A stretch of 10,849 nucleotides of DNA, taken from NCBI RefSeq assembly GCF_006345805.1, contig NW_021827163.1, positions 1 through 10,849 of the forward strand, in the 5' to 3' direction. Source of the stretch: Octopus sinensis (lineage: Eukaryota). The first letter of the stretch is position 1, and the number at the start of each line of letters is the position of its first letter. The notes under the pieces are model-generated. The model did no database searches. It was not told the origin of the DNA and worked only from the letters and a program-made list of their open reading frames with translations. Made by a program: the position numbers and the translations under genes. Shown piece by piece: positions 7,218-10,849 of the stretch.

Positions 7218-7840
7218 GGTGACACCTTTTTTCTGTTTATTTCGGAAAGAGTAATTATGGTCTTATAAAACTTTGAATTGATTTATAGTTAAAATAATGT
7301 AAATAGTGGCGTTTAGATTAATATGAGATTTGAATTTCACCATAGAAAATAACAGATTTTAAATGACACTTTTTGCAGATCAGAGATTTGAAAATTATAA
7401 TGTATATTATTCTTAATAGCCGACAGTTTTCTAGCGAAGTTTTGTATTAATTAGTAGTCAAGTTTAATTTAATTGGGCTAAATATTTTTTCTGCGTTTAT
7501 GTAAAAGAGAAATGTAAGCTTAGAAGTTTTAAAAATTGAATGCGGTGACACTTTCTCTCTTTATATTTCTGAAAGAATAATTAAGTTTTTATCTGTATAT
7601 GAATAGGTTAGCTGTTGATCCGATAAAATCAGAGGTGTTCAAAATATTATGAGGTTGGAATTTACGCGAATAAACAGTGGATCTTTGAAGGCAGTAAAAA
7701 GGTTTGGCATTTATAACTTCGGCTGATGGTTAGAATATTTCATAACTGGTGCATTTAAAATTATTTTATTAATACTAATGTCTGACGATGTCTTAGCGAA
7801 GTTTGCTAATGTTGAGTAGCGAAACTAATTTAGTTGCTAT
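7218..7840 (+). repeat. Old degenerate direct duplication (about 7218-7475 vs 7544-7840)
   Basis: Colinear blocks: GGTGACAC at 7218/7544 and ATGAG..GAATTT at 7323/7649 (both offset 326), and TAGCGAAGTTT at 7432/7794 (offset 362). Confidence 0.65.
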
Positions 7841-7968
7841 GCTAACACAGCAAGTTCATACATAACATAAGAGTCGTTACCTCAGGACAAACACTGCTGT
7901 AAATGGCTAACCAACCATGTGTATATACGTTGCGTATGATACATAGATGGCTTTGTATTTATGTGTGT

Positions 7969-8006
7969 GTATATATGTATATATATTTATTTATGTATAT
8001 ATATAG

Positions 8007-8091
<85 letters not shown>

Positions 8092-8115
8092 GTGTGTGTA
8101 TAAATATATATATAT
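7969..8115. repeat. Compound (TA)n-(TG)n microsatellite
   Basis: Direct inspection; near-pure TG at about 8042-8098. Confidence 0.95.
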
Positions 8116-8116
8116 A

Positions 8117-8275
8117 GGGAGAGTTTGCGAATAAAACAAAAGACGAAGACAGGTGGTGTACAAAACAAACATGTATGTATTAGTATAACGCTCATGAATT
8201 GAAAAAGTCTTTTACATTTCGAGCCTACGCTCTTCTACAGAAAGGGACGCAGAAAAAACAAGGAGAGAAAAAAAT
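8117..8275 (-). mobile_element. Probable Penelope-like terminal-repeat fragment containing a degenerate hammerhead (8247-8207)
   Basis: Minus strand GUCCCUU-CUGUAGA-A-GAGC-GUAG-GCUC-GAAAU-GU-A-AAAGAC: hammerhead topology with U at core position 6. Element boundaries are approximate and no TSD was seen. Confidence 0.5.
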
Positions 8276-8404
8276 ATGTGTAGTGGCGACTGACATCGGA
8301 CATATTATTGTATTTCTGGTTGGTCATTTGTTTGTTTTTTGTTTTGTTTTTTGCCAAATAAACACGCACTATATATTTGTTCTTCACTCGTTTTTACTTC
8401 TCTA

Positions 8405-8442
8405 AATCTTTCGTCACACATCTGTGACCTCTTCAGCGACAC
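8405..8442 (-). ncRNA. Hammerhead-like catalytic core without a valid helix I or III
   Basis: Minus strand CUGAAGA-G-GUCACA-GAUG-UGUGAC-GAAAG-AUU: exact core boxes around a perfect 6-bp helix II. No 3' partner for the upstream GUGUCG. Confidence 0.4.
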
Positions 8443-8469
8443 TTTTCGTTTTCGTGTGTGATCTTACTC

Positions 8470-8725
8470 CACTGGGGTCGATGTAATCGACTTAATCCGT
8501 TTGTCTGTCCTTGTTTGTCCCCTCTGTGTTTAGCCCCTTGTGGGTAGTAAAGAAATAGGTATTTCGTCTGCCGCTACGTTCTGAGTTCAAATTCCGCCGA
8601 GGTCGACTTTGCCTTTCATCCTTTCAGAATCGATAAATTAAGTACCAGTGAAACACTGGGGGTCGAAATAATCGACTAATTCCCTCCCACCAAATTTCAG
8701 GCCGTGTGCCTTTAGTATACAGAAT
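8470..8725 (+). mobile_element. 5'-truncated composite SINE family A (tail 2, internal junction, B box, central domain, tail 1)
   Basis: Same AAAGAAATA|GGTATTTCG junction (8557/8558) as at 2517/2518 and 1258/1259. Ends in a tail-1 variant ...GTGTGCCTTTAGTATACAGAAT. Confidence 0.92.
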
Positions 8726-8730
8726 TATCA

Positions 8731-8810
8731 TTGTTGTTGCTGTTATTGTTGCTGCTGCCGCTGTTGTTGTTGATTTTGATGTTCCTCTTGCTGCTCTTGT
8801 AATTGTTTTC
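8731..8810. repeat. Degenerate (TTG)/(CTG) repeat
   Basis: Direct inspection; it abuts the SINE 3' end. Confidence 0.8.
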
Positions 8811-9225
8811 ATTCAACCAAAACTCGACGTTGATGGAGCAAACCTACCGATGTTCCAGTCGTGACCATCTAGTCTAATTTTATCAGACTGTGTCCTTCCC
8901 TTATAACTTTAATTTATTATCATCTGCCGATGATAACGTATTGCTTGGAGGAACATTTTAACTGCTATTTCTAGCACCACTCCTTATCATTTTTTTAGGA
9001 ATAAGAGGTGGAAAGCGAGAGTTGCTTCTGTTTTGGTTCTTTTGTTTATTTTCTTTGGGTGTATGCGTGTATGTGTGTGCGTGTATGTGTGCATGCGTGT
9101 CTATGCATGTGTGTTTATATCGCCGTTTCATTCTAATGCTCCATAATAGACAGATGTTTTATTAACAGGCCGCCATAAATCCTTTTGAAAGTCTGAACAA
9201 ATATAATAAACGTACACTCTTTATA

Positions 9226-9322
9226 CAACAATAACAACATCAACAACAACAACCACAATAACCACAAAAACATCAACAACAACAGTAAAAACGACAACGA
9301 CAACAACAACAACAACAACAGC
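9226..9322. repeat. Degenerate (CAA)n repeat
   Basis: Direct inspection. Confidence 0.88.
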
Positions 9323-9816
9323 CATATCGAATCAAAAACAAAGAAGAAAATACGAAAAAACAACGACAAAATCCAACTTCCAAAATGGCGGGAAAAAAAG
9401 AAGACACAAACCGTAATGAAACACAACTTAAATTCTGTTATTCTTGTATTCTGTTTTTGTCCATGTTTTGTTTTTTTTTATTCTGTATTTCAATATATTT
9501 GTTTACAATGTTGTGATTATTTTTGTGATTTTATTATAAAGGTATTATGAACATTATTCTTTTATTCTTTTATTCTTTTATTCCTTCTCTTAAGTTTAAC
9601 TCGGTTTATTCTTTACTTTTTTTAGGCTCTCTTTGGTATACATTTTTTATGGAGTGGGATTTGGATCACTATTCTGTGATTCTTGTTTTTTTATTTTTGT
9701 CTTTCATGTTTTGCAATATAGATTTAAGCAGATTCCAATTTATACCTTATATGCGTGCGTGTGTGTCTATGTGTATGTATGCATATTTATTTAATGTATG
9801 TATACGCATGTGAGTG

Positions 9817-9817
<1 letters not shown>

Positions 9818-9873
<56 letters not shown>

Positions 9874-9876
9874 GTA

Positions 9877-9908
<32 letters not shown>

Positions 9909-9975
9909 CTATACATATATATATATATGTATATATATGTATATTATATATATATGTATATGTATATATATATAT
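9818..9975. repeat. Imperfect (TA)n microsatellite
   Basis: Direct inspection. Confidence 0.95.
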
Positions 9976-10261
9976 ACGCCCATTTAGAGAAGATAGATAG
10001 ATAGACAGAGAATAAATGCTCGATAGTTACATCGTCAGATACTTGTATACATGCATATATCTCTGTCTGTATCGATGTGTGTGTGTGTGTGCTGTAATTG
10101 TGTATATACATATGTGTGCAAGCATGCTTATATGCATACACATATTAAAACAAAAATTCATAGTTGAAAAACAGTTTCTTGTTTGCTGTTATCTTCATTA
10201 CGAATTGTAGCATTGATATTATTAGCAGTGGTGTAACAACCACTACCATCACCATCACAGC

Positions 10262-10263
10262 TC

Positions 10264-10333
<70 letters not shown>

Positions 10334-10361
10334 AACAACTACTACTACTAACAATAATAAA

Positions 10362-10396
<35 letters not shown>

Positions 10397-10400
10397 TAAC

Positions 10401-10461
<61 letters not shown>

Positions 10462-10748
10462 GTAATAACAATAACAAAAGCAACAACAACAACAATAACA
10501 ATAATAATAACAATAATAATAATAATAATAACAATAATGATAATACTGCCGTTGTTATGAATATTATCATTAATAGTAGTAGTTTTAATATTAATAGTAG
10601 TTGTGGCATTTTCATTATTTTATTGTGTATGTTATTATTATTATTGCTGTTGTTATTGTTGCTGTTGTTGTTGTTGGTGGTGGTGGTGGTAGAGGTGTTG
10701 GTGTTGTTTAAGTTGTTGCTGATAATATTATTATTATTAATATTACTA

Positions 10749-10826
<78 letters not shown>
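10262..10826. repeat. Compound trinucleotide region (CTA)n-(TAA/CAA)n ... (TTG/TGG)n-(TTA)n
   Basis: CTA about 10262-10350, TAA about 10350-10540, TTG/TGG about 10640-10720, TTA about 10720-10826. Source of the poly-L/poly-V ORF. Confidence 0.95.
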
Positions 10827-10827
<1 letters not shown>

Positions 10828-10849
10828 GAACGCCGCCATCATCATTTTT

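Noticed and set aside
10145-10615. 156-aa poly-Leu/poly-Val ORF
   Set aside because: Translation of (TAA)n and (CTA)n.

Overview
AT-rich eukaryotic non-coding DNA, dense in microsatellites and tRNA-derived SINEs. The repeat families and microsatellite load look like an octopus (coleoid cephalopod) genome; that is recollection and inference, not a database result. I can support no protein-coding gene, and most long ORFs are translations of simple repeats or SINEs. About a quarter of the window is short interspersed repeats. Family A occurs as monomers, dimers and a head-to-tail array, one full-length family C element is present, and there is a family B head fragment. The most notable feature is a 362-bp insertion (6537-6898) bounded by a 13-bp target-site duplication. 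On the minus strand it reads: tRNA-like Pol III head, (AAT)n, then a complete minimal type I hammerhead ribozyme (HHR) of the Penelope-like kind. It also carries a perfect 51-bp inverted duplication of its 3' segment. Two more hammerhead-like cores from unrelated sequence lie on the same strand at 8207-8247 and 8405-8442. Other signals: family A dimers that integrated as one unit, an excess of YY1/Pho-type CCGCCAT motifs, a CpG-rich candidate promoter/exon island near 3.1-3.3 kb, and an old degenerate duplication at 7.2-7.8 kb.
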